A stretch of DNA of 64,000 bases, from positions 4,543 through 68,542 of the forward strand of contig JAGCVQ010000073.1 in assembly GCA_017962275.1 (NCBI GenBank), in the 5' to 3' direction. This DNA is from Bacteroidales bacterium (GTDB lineage: Bacteria > Bacteroidota > Bacteroidia > Bacteroidales > WCHB1-69). Positions 1 to 9,174 of this stretch are shown piece after piece (positions within the stretch are counted from its first letter, which is position 1; the number at the start of each line of letters is the position of its first letter). Both the position numbers and the translations under genes were made by a program. Under the pieces are notes generated by a model. That model saw only the letters and a program-made list of their open reading frames with translations. It made no database searches and was not told the DNA's origin.

Positions 1-1479
1 GGTGTCGAATGTAGCGTAGAGCTCGCACCCTTTGCCGTCGAGCAATCGCCGCTCGACGGGAATGACGAGCGTTGAATCGGCCGGAACGCCGTAAACGGAA
101 CGCACATCCCCGGAGGAGAGATACGATTTGTCCGTGATCACCGTTACCGTGTCCCGCTTTAGGATCGCGCCCGTGTGTGTGTCCGTGTAAACCCACGTCA
201 GCGGGTTGGTGTAATGGTACCGGTAGAACTCGTCATCGCCGTTTTGGGTGTATTTGTCCGGGGAATACTGCTGCGAAGCCCCTTCTTTATGATAATATAT
301 GGAATAATTCGCCAAGTGCCAATACGAGACGCGCACACAACCGCCTTCTTCGATTTTGACAGAGTCTGTGAGATCCATACTGTCCTTCGCGAAATAGTTT
401 TCATTCGGTTTAAGAATTCGGGTGACTCTGTTGAGCGAGGAGGTACCGCAACCCGATAGTTGGTATTCCAGTGTGATGTCGTGTTCCCAAATATCGCAAT
501 ATTTCTCGGCGCTTCGGATGGTGTCGTACAGGTGAATGTACCTTCCGGAGGTCGTGGCGTTTTCCGGGACGGGTCTCCAATCGCCGTCCGCCACACCGTC
601 GAAACGGAAACGGTAACTTCCATATTTATGAATAAAGCTGATGAGATCCGACACGCTGTTTTGGAAGTCAATACTGATTTTCACCACATTGGTGTCTGCG
701 AAATTGCCGGAGGAGGCGAAAACAGAAATGGAAGTAGCCTGAGGAATCGTGTACGTGCCCACCGATGCCACCACATCCGGCAGACCATACCCGCAGCCAT
801 CTTCCACGTGGAACGACCAGTTTCCGCCCGGTAAACTGTCAATCGAGTAGTAATCCTTATAGCTATAAATAGCCTCGAAGGTGCCGTTGTACTGACGGCT
901 TTCGAAAACTTGGGTGCGGAGCGTGTCGCCAGTGTTGTTGTTCCGAACCGTCACTGTGTAAGGAAATTGCCCATAGAGGATGCGTAACTGTACGCGGCCG
1001 ATGTTCTCGCAGGAAATGGTGGCGAGTGTGCCCGCATCATACCGTTGGAATTTTGCATCAAACGGCACGACTGCCGCCGTGGGTTTCTGGTAGGTGGTGT
1101 TGATGGTGAGCACGGTCTGCGTGTCCACCCGCGTGAATCCGCCCGCGCTATCGGCAAGCAGTCCTTCGACCCCTACGATATAGGTTCCGTAATTGATTGT
1201 CAATGTGTCGGTTCCGCCATCATAGTACCAGCCTGCATAGTGGGCTGAGTCCGTCTCGCTCAGCTTGTAATAGACGCGCACCTGCGACAATTGCGGGGGC
1301 AGACTGTTTTGTACCGTCCCGACATTGTCTGTCAGCGCATAGATCACCTTGCCGTTGTTGTAGCAAGTGGCGTCCCGAGATGAAAATCGGATGTGAAACC
1401 CGTTGTCCTCCTGCGCCAAGGCAGTGAGATACAGCCATCCTGACTGAAATAAAAGTAGAAAAAGTAGTGTTTTCTTCAT
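1..1479 (-). CDS. Secreted protein of unknown function, N-terminal part only (gene runs off the left edge)
   Basis: Absent from the ORF track because no stop lies in-window. My own minus-strand translation from ATG at 1479 gives MKKTLLFLLLLFQSGWLYLTALAQEDNGFHIRF... and stays open for all 493 codons to base 1. The N-terminus looks like a signal peptide. Confidence 0.7.
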   Translation of the reverse strand, partial: MKKTLLFLLLFQSGWLYLTALAQEDNGFHIRFSSRDATCYNNGKVIYALTDNVGTVQNSLPPQLSQVRVYYKLSETDSAHYAGWYYDGGTDTLTINYGTYIVGVEGLLADSAGGFTRVDTQTVLTINTTYQKPTAAVVPFDAKFQRYDAGTLATISCENIGRVQLRILYGQFPYTVTVRNNNTGDTLRTQVFESRQYNGTFEAIYSYKDYYSIDSLPGGNWSFHVEDGCGYGLPDVVASVGTYTIPQATSISVFASSGNFADTNVVKISIDFQNSVSDLISFIHKYGSYRFRFDGVADGDWRPVPENATTSGRYIHLYDTIRSAEKYCDIWEHDITLEYQLSGCGTSSLNRVTRILKPNENYFAKDSMDLTDSVKIEEGGCVRVSYWHLANYSIYYHKEGASQQYSPDKYTQNGDDEFYRYHYTNPLTWVYTDTHTGAILKRDTVTVITDKSYLSSGDVRSVYGVPADSTLVIPVERRLLDGKGCELYATFDT

Positions 1480-1916
1480 AGAGCCGTTTTTTTATGAATT
1501 AATTGTAAAAAGGATTATGCAAATGCGTGTGAATCTGAAAGTTCCGATGTTTAAATATTCGGTCAATTTCGAGCGATGACAATCGGATATTTGTCCTCTG
1601 AAGATCAAAAGGACTGATTTTTTAACTATTAATAGTAAATTTTTCATCATTGAGCTTCAATTTTCACTGCGGCAAAAATATAAAAATTCCGTATAGTTGA
1701 GCCTATATAATTAAAATATTTTTTACTTTCGATTTTTAACAATTAACTGTTAAAAATTAAGGTGCACGATTTTTGGACAAAAGGGAAGGAAAAACCAGGG
1801 TTTCTACTAGGCCGGTTTTGATTTCGGTTTGAAAATGCTTCTCCGGGGTGTCGATTTAATCCAAAAAATGCGATAGCCGGATTTTTTCAGAAAGAAAATC
1901 ATAACTAAAAAAAACG

Positions 1917-1924
1917 TATCTTTG
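1917..1924 (+). promoter_or_regulatory. Bacteroidota -7 promoter box TAtcTTTG
   Basis: Matches the TAnnTTTG consensus; 23 nt before the ATG at 1947. Confidence 0.55.
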
Positions 1925-1946
1925 CCGCTTGTATGATGAAGCAAAT

Positions 1947-3548
1947 ATGGAGATGAAAAGAACATTATGGATTGTTTTCGCCTTGATGATGGGCGTGACA
2001 CTGCAGGCGCAGAGTGTTGCGGATTATGAATCGGACGGCATGGAGTGCACTTCCATCACGGTGGGGAAGAAGGCTTCTGCCGATGGATCGGTGATGACTT
2101 CGCATACGGACGACAGCCATCGTTCGCGCACGAACATTTACGTGACGCCCGAGCAGGACTACGAACCCGGTGCCACGCAGACGCTTTACAAGCGCGAGTG
2201 GGCAAAGAAGCAGCAGCCCGGTCAGATGTTGCGCTATGATAACATTCCCGTGGGTGAAATCCCGCAGGTAGAGCACACCTACCAGTTCCTCAACACCGCT
2301 TATCCCTGCGTGAACGAGGCTCAGTTGGCCATCGGCGAATCGACTTTCGGCGGACGTCCCGAACTGAAGTCCGACAGCGGTCTCATTGATTGCCAGCGGC
2401 TCTGCATGCTGCTGCTGCAACGCTGCTGTACGGCCCGCGAAGCTATCGAAACTGCCGGCGTGCTGCTCAAGAAATACGGCTGGATTGACGCAGGTGAGTG
2501 CCTGACCATCGCCGACAAGGATGAGGTGTGGCATCTGGAGATCCTCGGTCCCGGCAGGGGCAAGTTAGGCGCGGTATGGGCGGCACAGCGCGTGCCCGAC
2601 GATCATGTGGCTGTCAATGCCAACGCCTCCACCATCCGCGAAATCAACCTCAAGGACAAGGATTACTTCATGGCCTCCGACAATGTCTATTCGCTGGCCC
2701 GCGATAACGGCTGGTGGGATGGCAAATCGACCTTCCGCTTCGCATACGCATACGCACCGCAAACCCGTACGTCGATGGCATGCCGCCGTCGCGAGTGGCG
2801 CGTCTTCGATCTCGTCGCCCCCTCCCTCCACCTCGACCCCAACGCCGAAAACTATCCTTTCTCTGTGAAACCCGACACGCTCGTCACCCTCGAAAAGATG
2901 ATGAGCATTTTCAGAGATTTCTATGAAGGCACCCCCTACGACATGCGTAAAACGCTGACCGTCACCGATAAAGACGGCAAGACCGTCATCTCCCCGATGG
3001 CCAATCCGTTCATGAAGCTCGACGAGCTGAAGTTGCACCGCATCAACGGAGGCTGGAATGAGCGCGGTGAACGCAGTATCGCTGTCCATTTTACCGTCTA
3101 TGCCACCATCATTCAATGCCGCAACTGGCTGCCCGATGAGGTCGGTGCCCTTTGCTGGTTTGCCCTCGACAATGTGGCTTCCTCCATCTATGTGCCTATC
3201 TATGCCAACGTTACGGATCTCCCGTCCACCTATAAAACGGATGGGCGCCTCACGGGATTCAGCAGGGAGTCCGCTTGGTGGGGCTTCAACCGTGTGGGCA
3301 CGATCGCCGCACAGCGTTGGGGCGACATGCACGTGACGGTGGATAAGACATGGCAGCCCTTGCAGAAAGAGTTCATCAAGGAACACTATGTCATCGAACA
3401 AGAGGCGATGGAGCTGATCAAGCAAGATCGTTATGAGGAGGCTGTACAGGTGCTCACCAACTTCACCGACATTTGCGGCAACGAGGCTGTGGAACGCGCC
3501 TGGAAGCTCGGCGACGAACTCTGGACAACCTACGACGGCCAATGGTAA
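1947..3548 (+). CDS. C69-family dipeptidase (secreted)
   Basis: Signal peptide MEMKRTLWIVFALMMGVTLQAQ, then the Cys-nucleophile context GMECTSITVGKKASADGSVMTSHTDD typical of C69 dipeptidases. The track start at 1929 is TTG; I moved it to the first ATG, 23 nt after a -7 box. Confidence 0.85.
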   Translation: MEMKRTLWIVFALMMGVTLQAQSVADYESDGMECTSITVGKKASADGSVMTSHTDDSHRSRTNIYVTPEQDYEPGATQTLYKREWAKKQQPGQMLRYDNIPVGEIPQVEHTYQFLNTAYPCVNEAQLAIGESTFGGRPELKSDSGLIDCQRLCMLLLQRCCTAREAIETAGVLLKKYGWIDAGECLTIADKDEVWHLEILGPGRGKLGAVWAAQRVPDDHVAVNANASTIREINLKDKDYFMASDNVYSLARDNGWWDGKSTFRFAYAYAPQTRTSMACRRREWRVFDLVAPSLHLDPNAENYPFSVKPDTLVTLEKMMSIFRDFYEGTPYDMRKTLTVTDKDGKTVISPMANPFMKLDELKLHRINGGWNERGERSIAVHFTVYATIIQCRNWLPDEVGALCWFALDNVASSIYVPIYANVTDLPSTYKTDGRLTGFSRESAWWGFNRVGTIAAQRWGDMHVTVDKTWQPLQKEFIKEHYVIEQEAMELIKQDRYEEAVQVLTNFTDICGNEAVERAWKLGDELWTTYDGQW

Positions 3549-3590
3549 CCCCATAACCCTATAACCGTGTAACCCTTTAACCTTCAACCC
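3545..3590. repeat. Degenerate 7-8-nt tandem array, GGTTA/TAACC family
   Basis: GTAACCCC ATAACCCT ATAACCGT GTAACCCT TTAACCT TCAACCC. It fills the stop-to-start spacer between the C69 and thioesterase genes and is the reverse complement of the family at 30766-30925. Confidence 0.85.
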
Positions 3591-3594
3591 ATCA

Positions 3595-4344
3595 ATGACA
3601 GACATCATCCCGATTCTCGAAAAGTCATTCCAAATCCCCTCCTATTTTGTGGATGAGAATGCGGAGCTCACCGTCAGTGCGCTTTTCAGCCTGCTGCAGG
3701 AGATGAGCGACAATCACGCATCCCTTTTGGGCGCAGGATGGCACGAGTTGCGGGTGCGGGGCTACTTTTGGGTCATTACCAAGATTCAGTTGAAAATCAA
3801 CCGGTTGCCGAAGTGGACGGAGCCGGTGCGGTTACGTACTTGGGTGAAGAATTCCAATGCGGCCACCTCTCCCCGCGACTACGAGATGTTGGATGTTGAT
3901 GGAAACCTGCTCGTTGCCGGAAGTTCGGTGTGGGCCATTCTCGACATCGCCAACGGCCGGCCTCAGCGAATGAGCATGTTCGACGGCTGTTTCCTGCCGC
4001 AGGAACGCAACGCCATCGACCGCATACCTCCGAAAATCAGCGCGTTGGATATTCCAAAAGAACCGCGATATTCCAAAGAGGTGGTGGCTTCCGACATCGA
4101 TATTAACCGCCACGTCAACAACGCCCGGTACATCCAATGGGCGTTCGATGCGGTGAAGGAGGAGTTCCGCCATACGCATCGTGTCTCCGGCATGACAGTC
4201 AACTTCCTGTCTCAAGCCAAGTTGGGCGACCACTATGCCGTCCATACCGAAACTGTTTCCGAGTACGAATATAAAACGACTCTTTACTCTTCTGATGATC
4301 GCCAAGAGTATTGCCGTATCCAATCCGAATGGAAGTCTATATGA
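3595..4344 (+). CDS. Acyl-ACP thioesterase
   Basis: 249 aa with a double hotdog-type layout. The FatA/B-like stretches YFVDENAELTVSALFSLLQEMSDNHA and DIDINRHVNNARYIQW are characteristic. Confidence 0.85.
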   Translation: MTDIIPILEKSFQIPSYFVDENAELTVSALFSLLQEMSDNHASLLGAGWHELRVRGYFWVITKIQLKINRLPKWTEPVRLRTWVKNSNAATSPRDYEMLDVDGNLLVAGSSVWAILDIANGRPQRMSMFDGCFLPQERNAIDRIPPKISALDIPKEPRYSKEVVASDIDINRHVNNARYIQWAFDAVKEEFRHTHRVSGMTVNFLSQAKLGDHYAVHTETVSEYEYKTTLYSSDDRQEYCRIQSEWKSI

Positions 4345-4381
4345 TTTATAACTGATATTTTTTCACTAATACCGACCAGCT

Positions 4382-4966
4382 ATGTATATAAACGAACAAC
4401 TTTTTTCAGATTTCCTGAAGGTGAAGGAGATTCTGTGGGTCGGTATCAACTTCTCACGAGCGAAATTCACCCGATCAGGTTTCGACTTTTCCCAGGAGAT
4501 TCTGCAGCACTATCTTCACGACTGGAACATGCTGATTTTGAATGACCAGAAAAAATACGACATTCGTATGAGTTTCCGGAAACCGGTCATGCAGTATAAC
4601 TTAAGTACCATCACCAAATTAAACAAAGCGTTAAAAGTCAACGACTTGCTTACGAATGTCATCAGTTCGAAACACGTCTATTCGGACGACCAGATGCTTG
4701 AGTACGCTTCAACATTAAAACTGCCGACCACGCTGCCTTACTCCCTGATGTTTGTGGTAGAGTCGTTTGATTCCTCGGTGAAAACCGCTTCTATCTGGGT
4801 GGTAATCAACCAAACGGAAATCCAAGAGGTCGTCCTTTGTGAAAAGTTTTTGAAAAGTCCGGCCGGTATCGGTACGCGAAATTATTGGGCCAGAACGTTT
4901 TACAATGTCTTTTACGACATCCAGTCCAATACGTTCCACCGCTGGGAGAACATGGTCCAGCCGTAA
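4382..4966 (+). CDS. Hypothetical protein
   Basis: Clean 194-aa ORF with an ATG start and no competing ORF of similar length. I recognise no motif. Confidence 0.55.
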   Translation: MYINEQLFSDFLKVKEILWVGINFSRAKFTRSGFDFSQEILQHYLHDWNMLILNDQKKYDIRMSFRKPVMQYNLSTITKLNKALKVNDLLTNVISSKHVYSDDQMLEYASTLKLPTTLPYSLMFVVESFDSSVKTASIWVVINQTEIQEVVLCEKFLKSPAGIGTRNYWARTFYNVFYDIQSNTFHRWENMVQP

Positions 4967-4975
4967 TCGTTTACA

Positions 4976-6199
4976 TTATATATATAGGTTGGCGTCGCCG
5001 TAGCTCAGGAATCGGTAACCGTTGTCCAGGGCATGGCGGTAAATGCGGTGCCATTCGTCTCCTAAGAAATTGGAAATCAGCAATAAAAGGGTGCTTTTCG
5101 GCTGGTGGAAATTGGTAATCAGTCCGTTGACAATGTGCCGTTTGTAGGTAGGCAGGATGATGAGGCGTGTGGCTGCCCGCAACATGTCGGTGTCCTGTTT
5201 CTCAAGATAGTTCAAAATGGCTGCAAGTGACTGATCCAATGTCACTTCGTGTATGGCTGGGTTCTCGTAGGTTTCCCATTGTTCCACCAATAGCGGATTC
5301 TCCAGACCGAGATGCAGCTTCGCCCCGACCACAAAGAGCGACTCGAGCGTCCTTGTGACCGTGGTTCCCACCGCAATGAGCTGTTTGTCTTTGTTCTTCA
5401 ACAACTTACGGATGAAGTCTTCTGTGATCACAATCTTCTCTTCATGCATGAAATGGCCTCCGATGGTTTCGGATGAGACCGGCTTGAAGGTCCCCGCGCC
5501 CACGTGGAGCGTAACGTACTCTGTTTGAACGCCTTTGGCCACAAGTGTTGCCAAGAGTTCGTCCGTGAAATGCAGACCGGCGGTGGGAGCGGCCACAGAG
5601 CCATCGTGGCGGGCATAGACGGTCTGGTAACGTTCTGTGTCACTGTCCTCCGCATCGCGGCGGATGTAGGGTGGAAGCGGCACTTTCCCGTATGCCTCGA
5701 TCCATTCGGCAAAGGAAACCTCCGTTTCGGCCCATGAGAACGTGACCTCGAAGGTACCCTCCACAGCCTCTCCGCGCTCGGCTTGAATGTGTATAACCCT
5801 CTCATCCAAAGGCACTTCGATGTCGATAGGGTGTTTCCATTTACGGGCGTTCCCCACCATGCACTTCCAAGTCACGCTGCCCGACAAGGTGAACGCGACA
5901 GCCGGGTCGGAAGTGGGTTTTAGCGGTTCCAGGCAGAAGATCTCGATGGCGGCACCGGTGGCGTTATGTACCAAAAGCCGCGCGTGAATAACCTTGGAAT
6001 TGTTGAACACGATCCAATGGTTCTCTGACAGGAAATCGGGGAGATTATGGAAGACAGAGTCTGTGATTGTATTCTCTTTCTTGTTGAATACCAATAATTT
6101 GGAGCTGTCCCGCTGTTCGGCAGGATAGTAGGCGATTCGCGACTCCGGTAACGGGTAGTCGTAATCTTCTATGCGGATGTTTTTATTCGGGTCACTCAT
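4976..6199 (-). CDS. queA: S-adenosylmethionine:tRNA ribosyltransferase-isomerase
   Basis: 407 aa. The N-terminal DYDYPLPESRIAYYPAEQRDSSKLLV and the overall length and pattern match QueA. Confidence 0.93.
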   Translation of the reverse strand: MSDPNKNIRIEDYDYPLPESRIAYYPAEQRDSSKLLVFNKKENTITDSVFHNLPDFLSENHWIVFNNSKVIHARLLVHNATGAAIEIFCLEPLKPTSDPAVAFTLSGSVTWKCMVGNARKWKHPIDIEVPLDERVIHIQAERGEAVEGTFEVTFSWAETEVSFAEWIEAYGKVPLPPYIRRDAEDSDTERYQTVYARHDGSVAAPTAGLHFTDELLATLVAKGVQTEYVTLHVGAGTFKPVSSETIGGHFMHEEKIVITEDFIRKLLKNKDKQLIAVGTTVTRTLESLFVVGAKLHLGLENPLLVEQWETYENPAIHEVTLDQSLAAILNYLEKQDTDMLRAATRLIILPTYKRHIVNGLITNFHQPKSTLLLLISNFLGDEWHRIYRHALDNGYRFLSYGDANLYI

Positions 6200-6204
6200 G
6201 GCGG

Positions 6205-6212
6205 CAAAGATA
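6205..6212 (-). promoter_or_regulatory. -7 box TAtcTTTG upstream of queA
   Basis: Only 6 nt from the queA ATG, which implies a leaderless or near-leaderless mRNA. Confidence 0.4.
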
Positions 6213-6258
6213 CAAAATTATTAACAATTTTTAACTTGACAAGGGCTTTTTATTGTTG

Positions 6259-6266
6259 TATCTTTG
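6259..6266 (+). promoter_or_regulatory. -7 box TAtcTTTG
   Basis: 24 nt before the ATG at 6290. Confidence 0.55.
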
Positions 6267-6289
6267 CAATAAAACAATTTATTCAAATA

Positions 6290-7084
6290 ATGAAAACGAA
6301 AATAATATTGAAATTATTAGTTATCAGCCATTTGTGTTTCGCGGCACCGATCCGTTGCCTGTCGCAGGATGCGCTGTTCCGCGCTTTCGCTACCGAAACC
6401 GCCACCGACAGGCCGTCAATAGGCTGCTTCGTCCCATCGTATGCGGCCCTCCACATCCGCAACGACTTCTGCACCAAGGAGATGACGACAGCGGAAATCA
6501 CAGGGCAGCTCACCCTGCACAAAAACGTGCTTCGCGTATCCGTAAGCCACTACGGATACGCCAATTACGGGGAATTGAAGATGTCCGCCGGCTACGGGCG
6601 ACAGTTCGGCGATCGCTTCGCCATGACGGCGAGGGTCTTCTACCTGATGGCGCATGCCCGAGACTATCCGTCAAGGCACTCCCTCTGCACGGACTTCTCC
6701 ATTGCGTGCAGCGCTTCGCCCAAACTGCTGTTCGACGCCACGGTCTATAATCCGTTTATGATGCGCTACGGTGTTGTGGGCCAAGATGTTATCCCGTTGA
6801 GATTCTCCATCGGGTGTACCTATACGCCCGTGCGGAAGCTATTGCTTGCCTTTGCGATGTCGAAAGAACTGCACGGCGGTTGGGAGATGGATTGCCGCTT
6901 CATGACCCAGCCGTTTCCGCCGCTGTTGCTCGCCGCCGAATGCTCCAACCTCCGCCTTGGCATTTACATCGGATGGATAATCAAACGTTTTTTGGTCTCT
7001 GTTAACGCTGCTTGGTATTACCGCATTTCCGTCTCCTCTGAGATTGGCGGATTCTATTTTCACGATGAAACGATTAGACGATGA
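6290..7084 (+). CDS. Hypothetical secreted or outer-membrane protein
   Basis: Signal peptide MKTKIILKLLVISHLCFAAP. The ATG lies 24 nt after a TAtcTTTG box. Composition is beta-strand rich with alternating aromatics. Confidence 0.55.
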   Translation: MKTKIILKLLVISHLCFAAPIRCLSQDALFRAFATETATDRPSIGCFVPSYAALHIRNDFCTKEMTTAEITGQLTLHKNVLRVSVSHYGYANYGELKMSAGYGRQFGDRFAMTARVFYLMAHARDYPSRHSLCTDFSIACSASPKLLFDATVYNPFMMRYGVVGQDVIPLRFSIGCTYTPVRKLLLAFAMSKELHGGWEMDCRFMTQPFPPLLLAAECSNLRLGIYIGWIIKRFLVSVNAAWYYRISVSSEIGGFYFHDETIRR

Positions 7085-7131
7085 GTAGATTATAATGACA
7101 GGTGAACAACTGTGAAATGAAAATAATAACG

Positions 7132-9081
7132 ATGAAAAGCAAATGCTTGATGGCGATTTTGTTGATTTTCGCACTACCGGTGTCTCTGTTTTCGCAAGAA
7201 GATAGTGTTAAGCTGGTGGAAAACGTCATTGATGACTTGGAATTCCAGATCGAGGAAATGGAGGTGCCGGAAAGTGTCTCGGAAGAGATGCTGGAGGTGA
7301 TGGAATCAGCGCGGATGAACAAGAAGCCCAATCTCAATGATTTGAGTTATGAAGTGGCGGTCAGTCAGTTGCATTTGTCTGATTACCAGTACTATCAACT
7401 GCAGCTGTACATAGAGACTTTCGGGCCTCTGTACAGCGTATATGAAATTCCCGCCATCGATGGATTTGGCGATGAGGAGATGAGGAGGCTGGCGGAGATA
7501 ACCGTCATCGCACCGCCGCCAAAACGACGGCCGACCTTCTGGGAACTGATGCGTTCCAGCAAGAGTGTGTTGTGGGTGCGCTATGGTCAGGTGGTGGAAC
7601 GACAAGCGGGTTACGACACTTCCCGGTCGAACCACTACGACGGGTCGCCTGCGCACCTGCAGTTCCGCTACGACTTCAGCATCCGGCAGCATTTCGGATT
7701 CCGCATTGCGGGGGAGAAGGATGCCGGGGAGCAGTTTTTCCGAGGCGACCAGAAACAGGGCTTCGACCATTATTCGGGTTCGGTATTCGTGAAGAATCTC
7801 AAATGGCTGAAATATGCTGTGTTGGGGGATTATCGACTCAATTTCGGGCAGGGACTGGCAATCGGGTCATCGATGATGTCGGGCAAAGGGGGCGGGGTGA
7901 CAACGATACGGCGTTTCAGTGACGGGGTTCGCGCAGTGGCCACGACGAACGAGGGAGAGCTTTTCCGCGGAGGGGCGTTCACGCTGGGCAACACGCGGTG
8001 GTCGGGGAGCGGTTTTGCCGGAGCCGTCACCGAAAGCAACCGCACCGCGTTCGGCGGGTCGCTTTCCTACCGACAGGCACAGTTCTCGGTAAGCGCACAG
8101 GCCATCTGCTACGGGGAATATGACGACAGCGCGAACGTCGGGGAGAAATGGCGGTCGTTAGGGCAACCCAAGCAGATGAACGCCGGTGTGTCGTACCATG
8201 CGTTGGTCGGAAAGGTACTGTTGTTCGGAGAGGGGGCCGTTAGCGAGAAGGGAAAACCTGCCGTGCTGCAGGCTGCGCTCATCCCCGTGGCTCCCGTATT
8301 CCAGATGGCGGCATTGATACGCTATTACGCCACCGGCTACCAATCCCCGATGGGTAGCGGCTTCCGGACTTCCTCGGGCGACTGCGGTGAGTTCGGGACG
8401 TATTTGACGGGGCATCTCGTCCTGTCAAAAAACGTGGAGGCAGACTTCTTCTGCGACTACTTTCGGTTATTGTGGTTGAGCTACCAAACCGATGCACCCG
8501 CACAGGGGATGGATGCCGGTGTGGCGTTAAGCTGCCGACTTCCGGGGAAGAATCTGCTGTATGTTCGCTATCAATGGCGGACCAAGTCGAAAAACGAGAG
8601 CGATGACACCTATTTGCATCGGCTGAGGGAGCAGAGTCGGCATCGGTTCCGGCTGCAATGGAGTTGCAATCCCCTGCCCTGGTTAGACACCAAAACCGAG
8701 ATCAGCATGGTGTTCAACAGGGGTCCCTGCATTGAAAAACGTTGGCACAAAGGAATTCTGATGTACCAAGATTTGGCGTTCAACTGGAAGAAGCCACAGC
8801 TCAGCATGCATCTGCGCATCGCCTATTTCGATACGGACCGCTACGATGAGCGGCTCTACGCTTACGAAAACGATGTCTATTACGCCTTTACGGTCGGCTC
8901 ATACTACTATCAGGGAATAAAGGCCTACTTGCTGTTACGCTACAAAATACGAAACTTCAGCATCTGGTTCCGTGTGGCCCGGACGCATTATCTGAACAGA
9001 AATGACATCGGCAGCGGCCTGACCTATATTGACAAGCCGTACAAAACAGAGGTGAAAGTGCAGGGAATGTATCGGTTCTGA
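7132..9081 (+). CDS. Large secreted or outer-membrane protein with an N-terminal ComEA-like helix-hairpin-helix module
   Basis: Signal peptide MKSKCLMAILLIFALPVSLFSQ. A ComEA/HhH-like stretch reads LSDYQYYQLQLYIETFGPLYSVYEIPAIDGFGDEEMRRLAEI. A long Gly/aromatic-rich beta-type C-terminal region ends in ...VQGMYRF. Confidence 0.6.
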   Translation: MKSKCLMAILLIFALPVSLFSQEDSVKLVENVIDDLEFQIEEMEVPESVSEEMLEVMESARMNKKPNLNDLSYEVAVSQLHLSDYQYYQLQLYIETFGPLYSVYEIPAIDGFGDEEMRRLAEITVIAPPPKRRPTFWELMRSSKSVLWVRYGQVVERQAGYDTSRSNHYDGSPAHLQFRYDFSIRQHFGFRIAGEKDAGEQFFRGDQKQGFDHYSGSVFVKNLKWLKYAVLGDYRLNFGQGLAIGSSMMSGKGGGVTTIRRFSDGVRAVATTNEGELFRGGAFTLGNTRWSGSGFAGAVTESNRTAFGGSLSYRQAQFSVSAQAICYGEYDDSANVGEKWRSLGQPKQMNAGVSYHALVGKVLLFGEGAVSEKGKPAVLQAALIPVAPVFQMAALIRYYATGYQSPMGSGFRTSSGDCGEFGTYLTGHLVLSKNVEADFFCDYFRLLWLSYQTDAPAQGMDAGVALSCRLPGKNLLYVRYQWRTKSKNESDDTYLHRLREQSRHRFRLQWSCNPLPWLDTKTEISMVFNRGPCIEKRWHKGILMYQDLAFNWKKPQLSMHLRIAYFDTDRYDERLYAYENDVYYAFTVGSYYYQGIKAYLLLRYKIRNFSIWFRVARTHYLNRNDIGSGLTYIDKPYKTEVKVQGMYRF

Positions 9082-9113
9082 AATGACGTTCTTTTCGTTC
9101 GTTCTTTTCGTCC

Positions 9114-9141
9114 GTAGAGACGCAAAATTTTGCGTCTCTAC
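9114..9141. repeat. Perfect 28-nt palindrome GTAGAGACGCAAAATTTTGCGTCTCTAC (copy 1)
   Basis: Read directly from the sequence. It lies between convergent genes and could act as a bidirectional hairpin or terminator, although no U-tract follows it. Confidence 0.9.
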
Positions 9142-9142
9142 T

Positions 9143-9170
9143 ATTGCCTGTTGCAAATTGCCTTTTGCCT
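9143..9170. repeat. Heptamer array, AGGCAAT family (reverse orientation)
   Basis: ATTGCCT GTTGCAA ATTGCCT TTTGCCT, with an exact period of 7. Confidence 0.8.
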
Positions 9171-9174
9171 CAGA

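Noticed and set aside
2565-3608. A 347-aa minus-strand ORF antisense to the C69 dipeptidase.
   Set aside because: It has no motif or signal and is fully contained in a gene with a clear family signature.
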